Assembly: GCA_963666215.2 (NCBI GenBank)
Contig: CAXWPL010000004.1
Coordinates: forward strand, 128,001 to 192,000
Source of the DNA: Acidobacteriota bacterium
GTDB lineage: Bacteria > Acidobacteriota > UBA890 > WLXD01
Direction: 5' to 3'
Length of the DNA: 64,000 nt
The notes beneath the pieces were generated by a model that saw only the letters and a program-made list of their open reading frames with translations, made no database searches and had not been told where the DNA came from. The position numbers and the translations under genes were made by a program. Positions 28,270 through 37,725 of the stretch are shown one piece after another (the first letter of the stretch is position 1; each line of letters starts with the position of its first letter).

Positions 28270-30402
28270 TCATTCGGGCAGGGCGAATACGAACAGCGCC
28301 AGACTATCGTGGGGCGGCTTGAGCTCGGGATGAATCGACAGCGCCCGCCGCTCGGGCGAGGCGCTACCACCACCAACCGCTACGGCGATGTACTGGCGGC
28401 CGTCGACAGCATACGAAATCGCGCTGCCGGAGACCGGGCCACTGACGATTGTCTTCCAGAGGATCGCGCCGCTGGTGTCGTCGAAGGCCATGAACCGGCG
28501 GTTGACGTCGCCGACGAAGACGAGCCGACCCGCGGTCGACACCATGCTGCCGATCATCGCGGCGCGCTGCTCGTAGTGCCAGGCCTGCCTGCCGGTGGCG
28601 ATATCGATGGCGTCGACCCGTCCCACCGGATAGGGATCACCGTCCACGGCCGGGTCCTCGACGACGATCCAGTTGAGAGCGTAGCCGTCCTCCGCCGTCG
28701 GGGTGTCGGTGTAGCCGGAATTGAGCACACACATGTTCTGCTGCGGCTGGTACATCACGCCGGTGAGGGGGCTGTAGGTCCCCGCCGCCCAGTTCTTGCC
28801 ACCGCCCAGTGAAGGACATACGAGGATCTCGACGAACGGCCCCACGATGAGCTCCTCGTTGACCGAGACCTTTCCGGTGGCGCCGTCGATGCCGGTGATG
28901 ACGTTCTGGTGCAGCGTCTCGCGCGCCCAGAGAAACTCACCGGTCTCGCGGTCGAGCGTGTAGACAACACCGGTCTTGCCGGGAATGCCGGTGACCACGC
29001 GACGCCTCTCGCCGGGCGTCAAGGCCGGGTTGATCCACGCCACCTCGGACGGATCGGGAGCGACCTCGACGTCCACGAGATAGCGTTCGAAGACGTGGTC
29101 GAGATCCCAGTTGTCGCGCGGCAGGTGCTGGTAGTACCAGACGATCTTGCCGGTATCGGGATCGGTGGCCAGGGTGCTGTTCGAGTAAAGAACGTCGTGC
29201 CCCGCTGTGCCGCGCAGCACCTCGAGAGACGGGGCGGCAACGGAGGTTCCCCAGTAGATGAGATTCAGCTCGGGGTCGTAGCTCGGAACGTTGGCCCAGG
29301 AGCCGACGTGCCAGCGCTTCTCGTCGGCCAGGCCGCCCCAGGTCTCGTCACCGGGCTCCCCCGGCCGCGGAATGGTGCGTGTCCGCCAGAGCTGCTCTCC
29401 CGTATCGGGATCGTGGGCGGCGAGGTAGCAAACCTCCGGGCCACCACGCGCCGAGCAGGAGCGGCCGCTGACCACCTTGCCGCCGGCAATCGTCGGACCG
29501 GCCTGGTGACCGATCCCCTCGTCGGCGCCGAATTCCTGGACCTGCCATAGCAGCGAGCCGTTGCGCGCGTCGAGCGCGATCAGGTGGTTGTCGTCGGTCA
29601 GGTGGAAGATCTTGTCGTCAAGAATCGCCAGGTTGCGCCGGTTCCGCGAGCGCCGGACCGACCCCAGCCGGCGCCGATACTCCCAGATCAGGTCGCCTGT
29701 CGTCGCGTCGAGCGCCTGAATGACATCGTCGGGATTGCCGATGTACATGACGCCGGCGTGAACCAATGGCGTCGCGTACTGCCCTCCCGACTCCATCGCC
29801 CGAGACCAGACCAAGCGCAGCTCGCCGACATTGTCCCGGTCGATCTGGTCGAGCGGGCTGTGGGCCCAGCCATCGTAGGTGCGTCGGTACATCAGCCAGT
29901 CTTCGTCGGGTGGATCGGCGAGCATCTCGAGGGTGACCGGCGCGTAGTTCTCGACCTCGCTCTGAGCGAGGCCCTGCAGGTCTACCGTCCGCGTCGGCTG
30001 CCGGCTCAGGCTGCGGACGTAGGCCACCAGGGCAACGAGATCGTCGCCGCGGATCTCCGGGAACGGCGGCATACGGAAGCCGCCGTACTGGATGGTCCTG
30101 GCGATGACCATGTCGGCGCGCTCCTCCATGTAGACGGAGTCGCCGATATCTGGCGGCCGCGACTCCGGGCCGGCGCCGTCAACCAACCTGCCCGCGCCCA
30201 CCGACGTGTGGCAAGCAAGGCACTGATTGCTGTAGATCTCGGCGCCGCGCTCGAGCATCGCCTCGGTGACGATGATGGTCGGCGGCGCCTGCGCCGAAGC
30301 CAGCGTCGCGGCCAACATCACGATCGCCGCCGACACGACCGCTGACACGACGATCGCGCCGGCGACGCTGATCGACCAGCGATCCGACGTCGACGGCCTC
30401 AC
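28270..30402 (-). CDS. PQQ-dependent dehydrogenase-like beta-propeller with an N-terminal cytochrome c domain
   Basis: Signal peptide; CLACH; DWLMYRRTYDGWAHSPLDQI; A.DA.TG..W repeats; YSNSTLA; DNWDLD; CPSLGGGKNW; YAVDGRQYIAV. Confidence 0.88.
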   Translation of the reverse strand: MRPSTSDRWSISVAGAIVVSAVVSAAIVMLAATLASAQAPPTIIVTEAMLERGAEIYSNQCLACHTSVGAGRLVDGAGPESRPPDIGDSVYMEERADMVIARTIQYGGFRMPPFPEIRGDDLVALVAYVRSLSRQPTRTVDLQGLAQSEVENYAPVTLEMLADPPDEDWLMYRRTYDGWAHSPLDQIDRDNVGELRLVWSRAMESGGQYATPLVHAGVMYIGNPDDVIQALDATTGDLIWEYRRRLGSVRRSRNRRNLAILDDKIFHLTDDNHLIALDARNGSLLWQVQEFGADEGIGHQAGPTIAGGKVVSGRSCSARGGPEVCYLAAHDPDTGEQLWRTRTIPRPGEPGDETWGGLADEKRWHVGSWANVPSYDPELNLIYWGTSVAAPSLEVLRGTAGHDVLYSNSTLATDPDTGKIVWYYQHLPRDNWDLDHVFERYLVDVEVAPDPSEVAWINPALTPGERRRVVTGIPGKTGVVYTLDRETGEFLWARETLHQNVITGIDGATGKVSVNEELIVGPFVEILVCPSLGGGKNWAAGTYSPLTGVMYQPQQNMCVLNSGYTDTPTAEDGYALNWIVVEDPAVDGDPYPVGRVDAIDIATGRQAWHYEQRAAMIGSMVSTAGRLVFVGDVNRRFMAFDDTSGAILWKTIVSGPVSGSAISYAVDGRQYIAVAVGGGSASPERRALSIHPELKPPHDSLALFVFALPE

Positions 30403-31946
30403 TGCCCGTCCACCGCGAAGGCGCGCACCTCGTTGCGCTCACCGGGCCGAGCCCCTCCGAGCGCCGAGTGGTAGCCGGCGCCGACGACGAGGATCCCCTC
30501 ACCGATCGCGGCGCCGCCCTGGATGCTGACGCCACCCTCGAACTGGTAGTCCCAAAGCACCTCGCCCGTGTCCGGGTGGTAGGCGCGCAGCTTGCCGCCG
30601 TTCGAGCCGACGAAGACGACGTGGTCGCCGGCCGGTCCCGAGATGGTCACCGGCGCATGGTTGACGCCCTCGTCGTTGAGCGTCTCCCAGCGGATCTCGC
30701 CGGTCTCAACGTCGATGGCCGAGAGCGTGCCGGTCCCGGCGGCGATGGCCGAGTAGACGTTCACTCCGTCGTAGGCCGAGCCGAACTCGATGCCGCCGAG
30801 GCCGCCGCCCCGGCCAACCTTCGTCTCCCAGAGCTTCTCCCCGGTGTCGGGGTCGAACAGGTACAACCAGCCGCTCTTCTGGCCCACCGCCAGCCACCTC
30901 GTCCCGTCGGGTCCGCCGACGAGCAGCGGCCCCGAACCGAAGTCGAGGTCGGGGCCGGTGTCGTCTCCCTCGAGGCGCTCGTTGGTGTAGAGATCGTCGG
31001 CGCCCGGCTTCGCCTGGTGCGACCAGTGGAGCTCTCCCGTCTCCATGTCGAGGGCCAGAACAGCCTCCGCCAATCCCAGGTGTTCCTTCGGCCCGGTGTA
31101 CGGATTTCCCGTTGCCGCGAACACCCGCCCGCGGCCGGGGTCGAGACTGACGGTCGCCCACACCGACGCGCCCGATGGTCCGTAAACCGGCCGGTCGCCG
31201 TACTTGGTGCCCGTTTGCGCCGCCTGTACGGGAATGGTGTAGAAGCGCCAGATCTCCTCGCCCGTTTCCTGGTCGAGACAGACGACGCTGCCGCGGAAGG
31301 TATAACCGTCGTACAACGGATTCACCCGGATGGCCGATTCCTCCAACGACGACACGCCCACGTAGATCCGACCCTCGTGGATCCTCGGTGTCGAGAAGAC
31401 CCGCGTGTGTGGATGATCCTCGAGGCGATGACGCCAAACCAGCTGACCGTCGGCGGCGTCGACGGCCGTGAGGTAGCCACCCGTGTCGCCGAAGTAGACG
31501 TGCCCATCGCTGACGTTGAGACCGCTCCGGATGCCGATCCCGCGCTCGATCCAGGCGCTCTCTTCCCCCACGAGCTCGCGCGCGTTGAACCGCCAGATCT
31601 CCTCGCCGGTGGCGGCATCGACGGCGTGAACGACACCCGCCCAGGTGCCGACGTAGACAACACCATCGACAATCGAAGGCGTCGAGGGAGGCATCTCCTC
31701 CACCGGGAATACCCACTTGGTCTGCAGTCGTGCCACAGTCGATGCTGTGATCTGCTGCTCGGCGCTGTTGTAGTTGGTGTTGTGGATATCGAAACCGTAC
31801 TCGGCCCACGCCGAGCCCCCTGGCGACACCGTCGCGACCGGATCGCGGGCAGGTACCGCCGCATCATCGCCGGATCGCGGCCCGCAGCCCACGGCAACGA
31901 GCAACACTCCGGCGACGACGAACAAGCGAAAGTCGGTCCGTTTCAT
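30399..31946 (-). CDS. PQQ-binding beta-propeller lipoprotein, polyvinyl-alcohol-dehydrogenase-like
   Basis: Lipobox LLVAVGC; YVGVSSLEE..TFRGSVV; GASVW; ATGNPY; GPDLDFG; GQKSG; GGIEFG. Confidence 0.8.
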   Translation of the reverse strand: MKRTDFRLFVVAGVLLVAVGCGPRSGDDAAVPARDPVATVSPGGSAWAEYGFDIHNTNYNSAEQQITASTVARLQTKWVFPVEEMPPSTPSIVDGVVYVGTWAGVVHAVDAATGEEIWRFNARELVGEESAWIERGIGIRSGLNVSDGHVYFGDTGGYLTAVDAADGQLVWRHRLEDHPHTRVFSTPRIHEGRIYVGVSSLEESAIRVNPLYDGYTFRGSVVCLDQETGEEIWRFYTIPVQAAQTGTKYGDRPVYGPSGASVWATVSLDPGRGRVFAATGNPYTGPKEHLGLAEAVLALDMETGELHWSHQAKPGADDLYTNERLEGDDTGPDLDFGSGPLLVGGPDGTRWLAVGQKSGWLYLFDPDTGEKLWETKVGRGGGLGGIEFGSAYDGVNVYSAIAAGTGTLSAIDVETGEIRWETLNDEGVNHAPVTISGPAGDHVVFVGSNGGKLRAYHPDTGEVLWDYQFEGGVSIQGGAAIGEGILVVGAGYHSALGGARPGERNEVRAFAVDGQ

Positions 31947-32009
31947 ATCTGGATCTCCAATGCGTCTCGCGAGCTCGAAGTAGGTGGTCGGCGCCGGCGG
32001 GCCGGCCAC

Positions 32010-33917
32010 TCATGCGCCGAACGCCTCCTCGAGCTCATGGAACAGGGCTTCGCGAACCAGCACGACGGGTAGGAACCCGATCCGGTACACGCGATCGTGG
32101 AAGTCCTTCAGCGTCCCACGCTCATTCAGCTCCCGCATCTTCTGGAAGTAGTCCTCGCGCAGCAGCATCCATTGGAAGTACCCGAGCGTGGGGGCGGCGT
32201 AGTCGGCACCAGTCCGCGCGGTGATGTTATCGATGTTGATCCGGCCACCCTCTGGAACGAATCCGATCGTCTCGGTCTCGAGCTCGACCGCCTCGTCGTA
32301 GCTCATCCCGCCGGTGTTGAGTCCCGAGTCGATGATCACCCGGCCGAAGCGCCACAGCTTGAGGCGCAGTGTCTCAAGCTCGTAAACATCCTGCTTGTCG
32401 GCGGGGAACCAACCGTACTGCGGATCGGGCGTCAGCTCCCATTCGATGTAGTAGCACCAGGCCTGATTGGAGTAGTAGCTGCTGAGATAGCGACGCAGTC
32501 GGCGGGGATTCTCCTTCTGATAGAGGCTCTGCAGGTGGTGCCCGGGATAGACCTCGTGGGTGGTGATGGCGTACATGAACGAGGCTTCCTTCTCGGTCAG
32601 GTTCGCCTCCGCCATCGCGTCCGGCCAATCTGGAGACACCGGGATGATCCGCCAGGCCGACTTCCGACTCGGCGAGTCGGGCGACACGCCCGGCCCGAAC
32701 CCCCACCACTGGGATGCCCACATGCTGGGGTCGGCCGCCGCCATGATCGAGTCGTCGTCGTCCCAGGGAATGCTCACCAGGTCGTTTTCAATGACCCAAT
32801 CGCGGCTCCGCCGCGCTGCTTCGAGGTGCTTGAATACGAGCTGCTCGGCGAAGAAGTGATCCTGCTTCTCGTCCTTGATGATCTCGAGCCACGTGCGCTC
32901 CGGATCGATTCGCCGCGCCTTGACCTCGAGGTGGTGGCGAATGATATCGAACTGCTTCCAACCCCAATCGTGGTAGCCAGGGACGCGCGTGAAGCTCTCC
33001 TGGCCGCGAGCGATGCGGCGCAGGTGGATGTCGTTCTCCGGGAACATGTAGCGGTGCTCCTGGAGGCCGTTGAAGACCTCCGCACCGACCCGCCAGTCGC
33101 CCTCCGGAAGCCGCGGCAGATCCTCGCGCAGGAAGGCACGAAAGCGCGCCATGGCGTCGGCTGCGCGCCCGCTCTCGGCCAGAAGACGGTCGCGCAAGGC
33201 GTCGTCGTCGACGCGCTCGGCAAAAGCCGGCAGATCGTTGGCCAGCACCGATTGAAAACCCACCAAGGTCTGATCGGTGAGCTCGATCCAACGCGCGATG
33301 TACTGGTCGAGGTTAGCGCGGGCGCTCGTCAGGCGCGTTTGCAGCAGCTGCAGATCGTCGATCAGGTCCGCTGCCCGCGCCGCCGGGGGCCGCGGATCGA
33401 CGGAGATCTTGTAGACGATCGGGCCGTTGTTGAAGTACAGGCGAGGATCCTGCCGCCAGCGCTGCACGTTCTCGGCCACCAGCAGATCGGCGCGCAGCGT
33501 GCCCTCCAGGAAGCGGTAGTCGATGTCCTGGTCGAACGTCAGCGCGCCGCGGTCGATGTCACCGAGCTCGTCGATGAACCGCCGCAACGTCGCCGTCTGC
33601 CGCCGAAAGCCCGCCGCGTCCATCTCCCGCAGCGCCGCGTCACCGCGGGTGATTGGCGCCGAGAGGGCGTCCCCGCCACCGACACCCTGAACCTCGCGCA
33701 GGTACCGATCGACCAGCCCCTCGAACTGCCAGCCAGCCTCCTGAGCCGGCGCCAGGCTCGACCCTGCACCGACGGCGGCCCCCATCAGCAGCAGCAGCGA
33801 CAGAACGACGGTGGCGGCCTCGCCGCTGCGCGCACGGTGCCGTCCGTCTCCGGAAGCCCGCAGATCCTCGGCGCACGGCCTTGGGGACCTCCACCGCGAC
33901 CTGCCGGAGCGCATCAT
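32010..33917 (-). CDS. Secreted DUF885-family protein, tandem copy 5 (last transcribed)
   Basis: HEVYPGHH; SNQAWCYYIE; FHDRVY. The start overlaps the upstream stop (TGATG); the longer ORF call is a shadow extension. Confidence 0.85.
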   Translation of the reverse strand: MMRSGRSRWRSPRPCAEDLRASGDGRHRARSGEAATVVLSLLLLMGAAVGAGSSLAPAQEAGWQFEGLVDRYLREVQGVGGGDALSAPITRGDAALREMDAAGFRRQTATLRRFIDELGDIDRGALTFDQDIDYRFLEGTLRADLLVAENVQRWRQDPRLYFNNGPIVYKISVDPRPPAARAADLIDDLQLLQTRLTSARANLDQYIARWIELTDQTLVGFQSVLANDLPAFAERVDDDALRDRLLAESGRAADAMARFRAFLREDLPRLPEGDWRVGAEVFNGLQEHRYMFPENDIHLRRIARGQESFTRVPGYHDWGWKQFDIIRHHLEVKARRIDPERTWLEIIKDEKQDHFFAEQLVFKHLEAARRSRDWVIENDLVSIPWDDDDSIMAAADPSMWASQWWGFGPGVSPDSPSRKSAWRIIPVSPDWPDAMAEANLTEKEASFMYAITTHEVYPGHHLQSLYQKENPRRLRRYLSSYYSNQAWCYYIEWELTPDPQYGWFPADKQDVYELETLRLKLWRFGRVIIDSGLNTGGMSYDEAVELETETIGFVPEGGRINIDNITARTGADYAAPTLGYFQWMLLREDYFQKMRELNERGTLKDFHDRVYRIGFLPVVLVREALFHELEEAFGA

Positions 33918-35731
33918 CAATCGGCCCGGCTGCCGCCGAACTCCTGCTCGAGCTCGTGAAAGAGTGCCTCTCGAACGAGCACGACCGGCAGGAAGCCGAT
34001 GTGGTAGATGCGGTCGTGAAAGTCCTTGAGCGTGCCCCGCTGATCGAGCTCCCTCATCTTCTGGAAGTAATCCTCTCGCAACAGCATCCACTGGAAGTAG
34101 CCGAGCGTCGCCGCGGCCGTCCCGGATCCGCCCGAGGTGATGCCGTCGATGTTGATCTGGGCGCCACGCAGCACGAACCCGATGGTCTCCGACTCGAGCT
34201 CGACGGCCTCGTCGTAGGTCATCTGGCCCGTGTGCAGCCCGGAATCGATGATCACCCGCCCGAGGCGCCACAGCTTGGTCCGCAAGGCCTCGAGCTCGTA
34301 CACGGCCTGTTTGTCGGGTGGATACCAGCCGTACTGCGGGTCCGGTGTCAGCTCCCACTCGATGTAGTAACACCAAGCCTGGTTCGAGTAGCTTCCCTCG
34401 TAGACCCGCAGCCGCCGTGCGTTCTCGTTTGAGTAAAGGCGTTGCAGGTGGTGCCCCGGATAGCCCTCATGGGTGGCGATCACGTAGGCGAAGCTGGCGT
34501 CCTTCTCCTGCAAGTTCCCTTCGGCGATGTCGTCCGGCCAATCCGGATTGACGGGGATAATCGTCCAGCCTGACTTGCGCGACGACGAGCCCGCCGGGAC
34601 GGTGCCGGCGAACCCCCACCACTGGGCCGCCCACAAGCTCGGATCGCCGGCCACCATGATGTTGTCGTCGTCGTCCCAGGGAATCGTCATCAGGTCGTTT
34701 TCGATGACCCAGTCCCGCGACCGCCGCAGGATCTTGTGGTGCTCGTAGACGACCTGCTCGTTGAAGAAATGGTCCTCCTTCTCGTCGCGGAGGATCTCCA
34801 GCCAGCTGCGCTCGGGATCGATGAGCCGCGCCTTGACCTCGAGGTGATGGCGGACGATGTCGAACTGCTTCCAGCCCCAGTCTCGATAGGCGGGCACACG
34901 GCTGAAGCTCGGGGCCCCACGAGCGATGCGCCGCAAGTGGATGTCGTTTTCCGGAAACATGTAGCGCAGCTCGTGCATGGCGTTGAAGACTTCGGCGCCG
35001 ACACGCCAGTCGCCCTCGCGGCGGCCGGGGAGCTCGTCGGTCAGGAACGTGCGGTAGTCCCGCAAGGCAGCAAGCGCCCGTTCGTTCTCGGCCAGAAGCT
35101 CTCCCTGGAGCGGCTGCGGCACGCGGCTGGCGAACTGCGGCAGGTTGGTCGACAGGCTGACCACGAAGCCGTCGAGGTTCTCGACGGTCTGCTGCGTCCA
35201 TCGCGGCACGTACTGGTCGACGTTGTCCTTGCCGTTGGCGAGACGCGTCTGCAGCAGTTGCAGGTCGGCGACCAGATCGGCGGCTCGCTCCACCGCCGGC
35301 CGCGGATCGGCCGTCAACTTGTAGACGATCGGCCGCACCGCCAGGTAGGTTCCGGGGCTCTGACGCCACCGCTGTACGTTCTGATCCCAGACGACGCCGG
35401 AGCGCAGGATGCTGTCGAGGAAGCGGTAGTCGATGTCCTGGTCGAAGGTCAGCGTCGAGCGATCGATGGCCTCGAGAGCCTGCAGCACGCGTCGCTTGGT
35501 CTCGAGTGCCCCGACGAAGCTGTCGGCGCTCATGTCGTTGGGGCCGCGTGCCGCGCCGATGCCGCGCACCTCGGCCAGGTAGCGGTCCACGAGCGCCTCG
35601 AAAGCCTCGTTCTCGGCGGCCGGTGCACCGGCGCTCCCGAGCACCGCCACCGGCTGGCCGACAGCGGCAAAAGCCATCAAGCCGACCAGAGCCACGCGCG
35701 ACAAGGTACCGAGAATCCTGGGCGTCTTCAT
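33917..35731 (-). CDS. Secreted DUF885-family protein, tandem copy 4
   Basis: Signal peptide MKTPRIL; HEGYPGHH; SNQAWCYYIE; GGGAGG RBS. Confidence 0.88.
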   Translation of the reverse strand: MKTPRILGTLSRVALVGLMAFAAVGQPVAVLGSAGAPAAENEAFEALVDRYLAEVRGIGAARGPNDMSADSFVGALETKRRVLQALEAIDRSTLTFDQDIDYRFLDSILRSGVVWDQNVQRWRQSPGTYLAVRPIVYKLTADPRPAVERAADLVADLQLLQTRLANGKDNVDQYVPRWTQQTVENLDGFVVSLSTNLPQFASRVPQPLQGELLAENERALAALRDYRTFLTDELPGRREGDWRVGAEVFNAMHELRYMFPENDIHLRRIARGAPSFSRVPAYRDWGWKQFDIVRHHLEVKARLIDPERSWLEILRDEKEDHFFNEQVVYEHHKILRRSRDWVIENDLMTIPWDDDDNIMVAGDPSLWAAQWWGFAGTVPAGSSSRKSGWTIIPVNPDWPDDIAEGNLQEKDASFAYVIATHEGYPGHHLQRLYSNENARRLRVYEGSYSNQAWCYYIEWELTPDPQYGWYPPDKQAVYELEALRTKLWRLGRVIIDSGLHTGQMTYDEAVELESETIGFVLRGAQINIDGITSGGSGTAAATLGYFQWMLLREDYFQKMRELDQRGTLKDFHDRIYHIGFLPVVLVREALFHELEQEFGGSRAD

Positions 35732-35868
35732 ATCGGGCCTCCCTTGGCTGAACACCGGACCATCCACGGATCGCCGCCGCGGCAGGGCCCGAGCCGAACG
35801 GGGCTCGACGCCCGGGTCCGGATTTGACCGGCATCAGTGACACCACCTCCGGGAACGTGCCCGAGGAT

Positions 35869-37671
35869 CTAGCTGAACTCCTCCTCCAGGTCGTGGAACA
35901 TGGTCTCCCGTACCAGGACGACCGGCAGGAAGCCGATCTTGTAGACGCGGTCGTGGAAGTCCTTGAGCGTTCCCCGCTGGTTGAGCTCGCGCATCTTCTG
36001 GAAGTAGTCCTCGCGCAACAGCATCCACTGGTAGTAGCCCACCGTCGGCGCGGCCGTCCTGGATCCGCCCCCGGTGATGCCGTCGATGTTGATCTGGGCG
36101 CCACGCAGCACGAACCCGATGGTCTCCGACTCGAGCTCGACGGCCTCGTCGTAGGTCATCCGACCCGTGTGCAGCCCGGAATCGATGATCACCCGCCCGA
36201 GGCGCCAGAGCTTCAGGCGCAGGGTCTCGAGGGCGTAGATCTCCTGCTTGTCGGGCGGGAACCAACCGTACTTGGGATCCGGGGTCAGCTCCCACTCGAC
36301 GTAGTAGCACCAGGACTGGTTCGAGTAGCTGCCCGCGTAGACCCGCAAGCGGCGAGGGTTCTCGTTGCGGTAGAGACTCTGCAGGTGATGCCCCGGGTAG
36401 ACTTCGTGCGTGGCAATGGCGTACATGAAGCTGGCGTCCTTCTCCGACAGGTTCTGCTCCGCTATGTCGTCCGGCCAGTCCGGGGCGACCGGTATGATCC
36501 GCCAGGCCGACTTCCGGGTGATGGTCTGCCCGGCCGGCACGCCAGGGCCGAAGCCCCACCACTGCGACGACCATCGGCTCGGGTCGGCCGCTTCCATGAT
36601 CGAGTCGTCGTCGTCCCAGGGGATGCTCACCAGGTCGTTGTCGATGACCCAATCGCGGGACGCCCGCGCAGCCTCATGGTGCTTGAAGACGAGCTGCTCG
36701 GCGAAGAAGTGATCTTCCTTCTCGTCGCGGAGGATCTCCAGCCAGGTGCGCTCGGGATCGATGAGCCTCGCCTTGACCTCGAGGTGGTGCTTGATGATCT
36801 CGAACTGCTTCCAGCCCCAGTCGTGATAGTCGGGCACCCGGGTGAAGCCCGGCTGGCCGCGGGCGATGCGACGCAGGTGGACGTCGTCTTCCGGGAACAT
36901 GTAGCGCAGCTCCTGCATAGCGTTGAAGACTTCGGCGCCGACCCGCCAGTCGCCCTCGGGGCGGCCAGGGAGCTCGTCGGTCAGGAACGAGCGATAGTCC
37001 CGCAGGGCAGCAAGCGCGCGTTCGTTCTCCGCCAGAAGCTCTCCCCGGAGCCGCTGCGGCACGCGCCCGGCGAAGGCCGGCAGGTCGTTCTCCAGGACGA
37101 CCACGAAGCCGTCGAGAATCTCGACGGCCTCCAGCGTCCAGCGTGGCACGTACTGGTCGACGTTGTCCTTGCCGTTGGCGAGTCGCGCCCGCAACAGTTG
37201 CAGATCGGCAACCATCCCGGCGGCACGCTCCGCCGGCGGCCGCGGATCCGCCGTTAGCCTGTACATGAAGCGCCCCGCCGCCACGTAGCTCCCCGGGTTC
37301 TGACGCCAGCGCTGTACGTTCTCGCCCCAGACGACGCCGGAGCGCAGGATGCTGTCGAGGAAGCGGTAATCGATGTCCTGGTCGAAGGTCAGCGTCGAGC
37401 GGTCAATGGCCTCGAGAGCCTGCAGCACGAGTCGCTGGGTCTCGAGCGCCCTGGCGAAGCTGTCGGCGCTCATGTCGTTGGGGCCGCGTGCCGAGCCGAT
37501 GCCGCGCACCTCGGCCAGGTAACGGTCCACGAGCGCCTCGAAAGCCTCGCTCTCGGCGACCGGCGCAGCGGCGCTCCCGAGTACAGCCACCGGGTGGCCG
37601 ACCGCGGCAACGGCCATCAAACCGACCAGAGCCAGGCGCGACAACGTACCGAGGATCCTGGGCGTGCTCAT
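35869..37671 (-). CDS. Secreted DUF885-family protein, tandem copy 3
   Basis: Signal peptide; HEVYPGHH; SNQSWCYYVE. Confidence 0.88.
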   Translation of the reverse strand: MSTPRILGTLSRLALVGLMAVAAVGHPVAVLGSAAAPVAESEAFEALVDRYLAEVRGIGSARGPNDMSADSFARALETQRLVLQALEAIDRSTLTFDQDIDYRFLDSILRSGVVWGENVQRWRQNPGSYVAAGRFMYRLTADPRPPAERAAGMVADLQLLRARLANGKDNVDQYVPRWTLEAVEILDGFVVVLENDLPAFAGRVPQRLRGELLAENERALAALRDYRSFLTDELPGRPEGDWRVGAEVFNAMQELRYMFPEDDVHLRRIARGQPGFTRVPDYHDWGWKQFEIIKHHLEVKARLIDPERTWLEILRDEKEDHFFAEQLVFKHHEAARASRDWVIDNDLVSIPWDDDDSIMEAADPSRWSSQWWGFGPGVPAGQTITRKSAWRIIPVAPDWPDDIAEQNLSEKDASFMYAIATHEVYPGHHLQSLYRNENPRRLRVYAGSYSNQSWCYYVEWELTPDPKYGWFPPDKQEIYALETLRLKLWRLGRVIIDSGLHTGRMTYDEAVELESETIGFVLRGAQINIDGITGGGSRTAAPTVGYYQWMLLREDYFQKMRELNQRGTLKDFHDRVYKIGFLPVVLVRETMFHDLEEEFS

Positions 37672-37725
37672 GTCCCCCCCTTTTGTTAAGAACCTAGAAA
37701 CCGGGCTGCTAGCAGCCCGTGGCTG

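Noticed and set aside
29070-29130. WDLD as proof of a lanthanide-dependent dehydrogenase
   Set aside because: DxD also occurs in non-lanthanide PQQ enzymes, and the other canonical ligands appear to be missing.
33918-34376. N-terminal extension of the 788-aa ORF call
   Set aside because: It overlaps the upstream DUF885 gene out of frame; the signal peptide begins after 33917.
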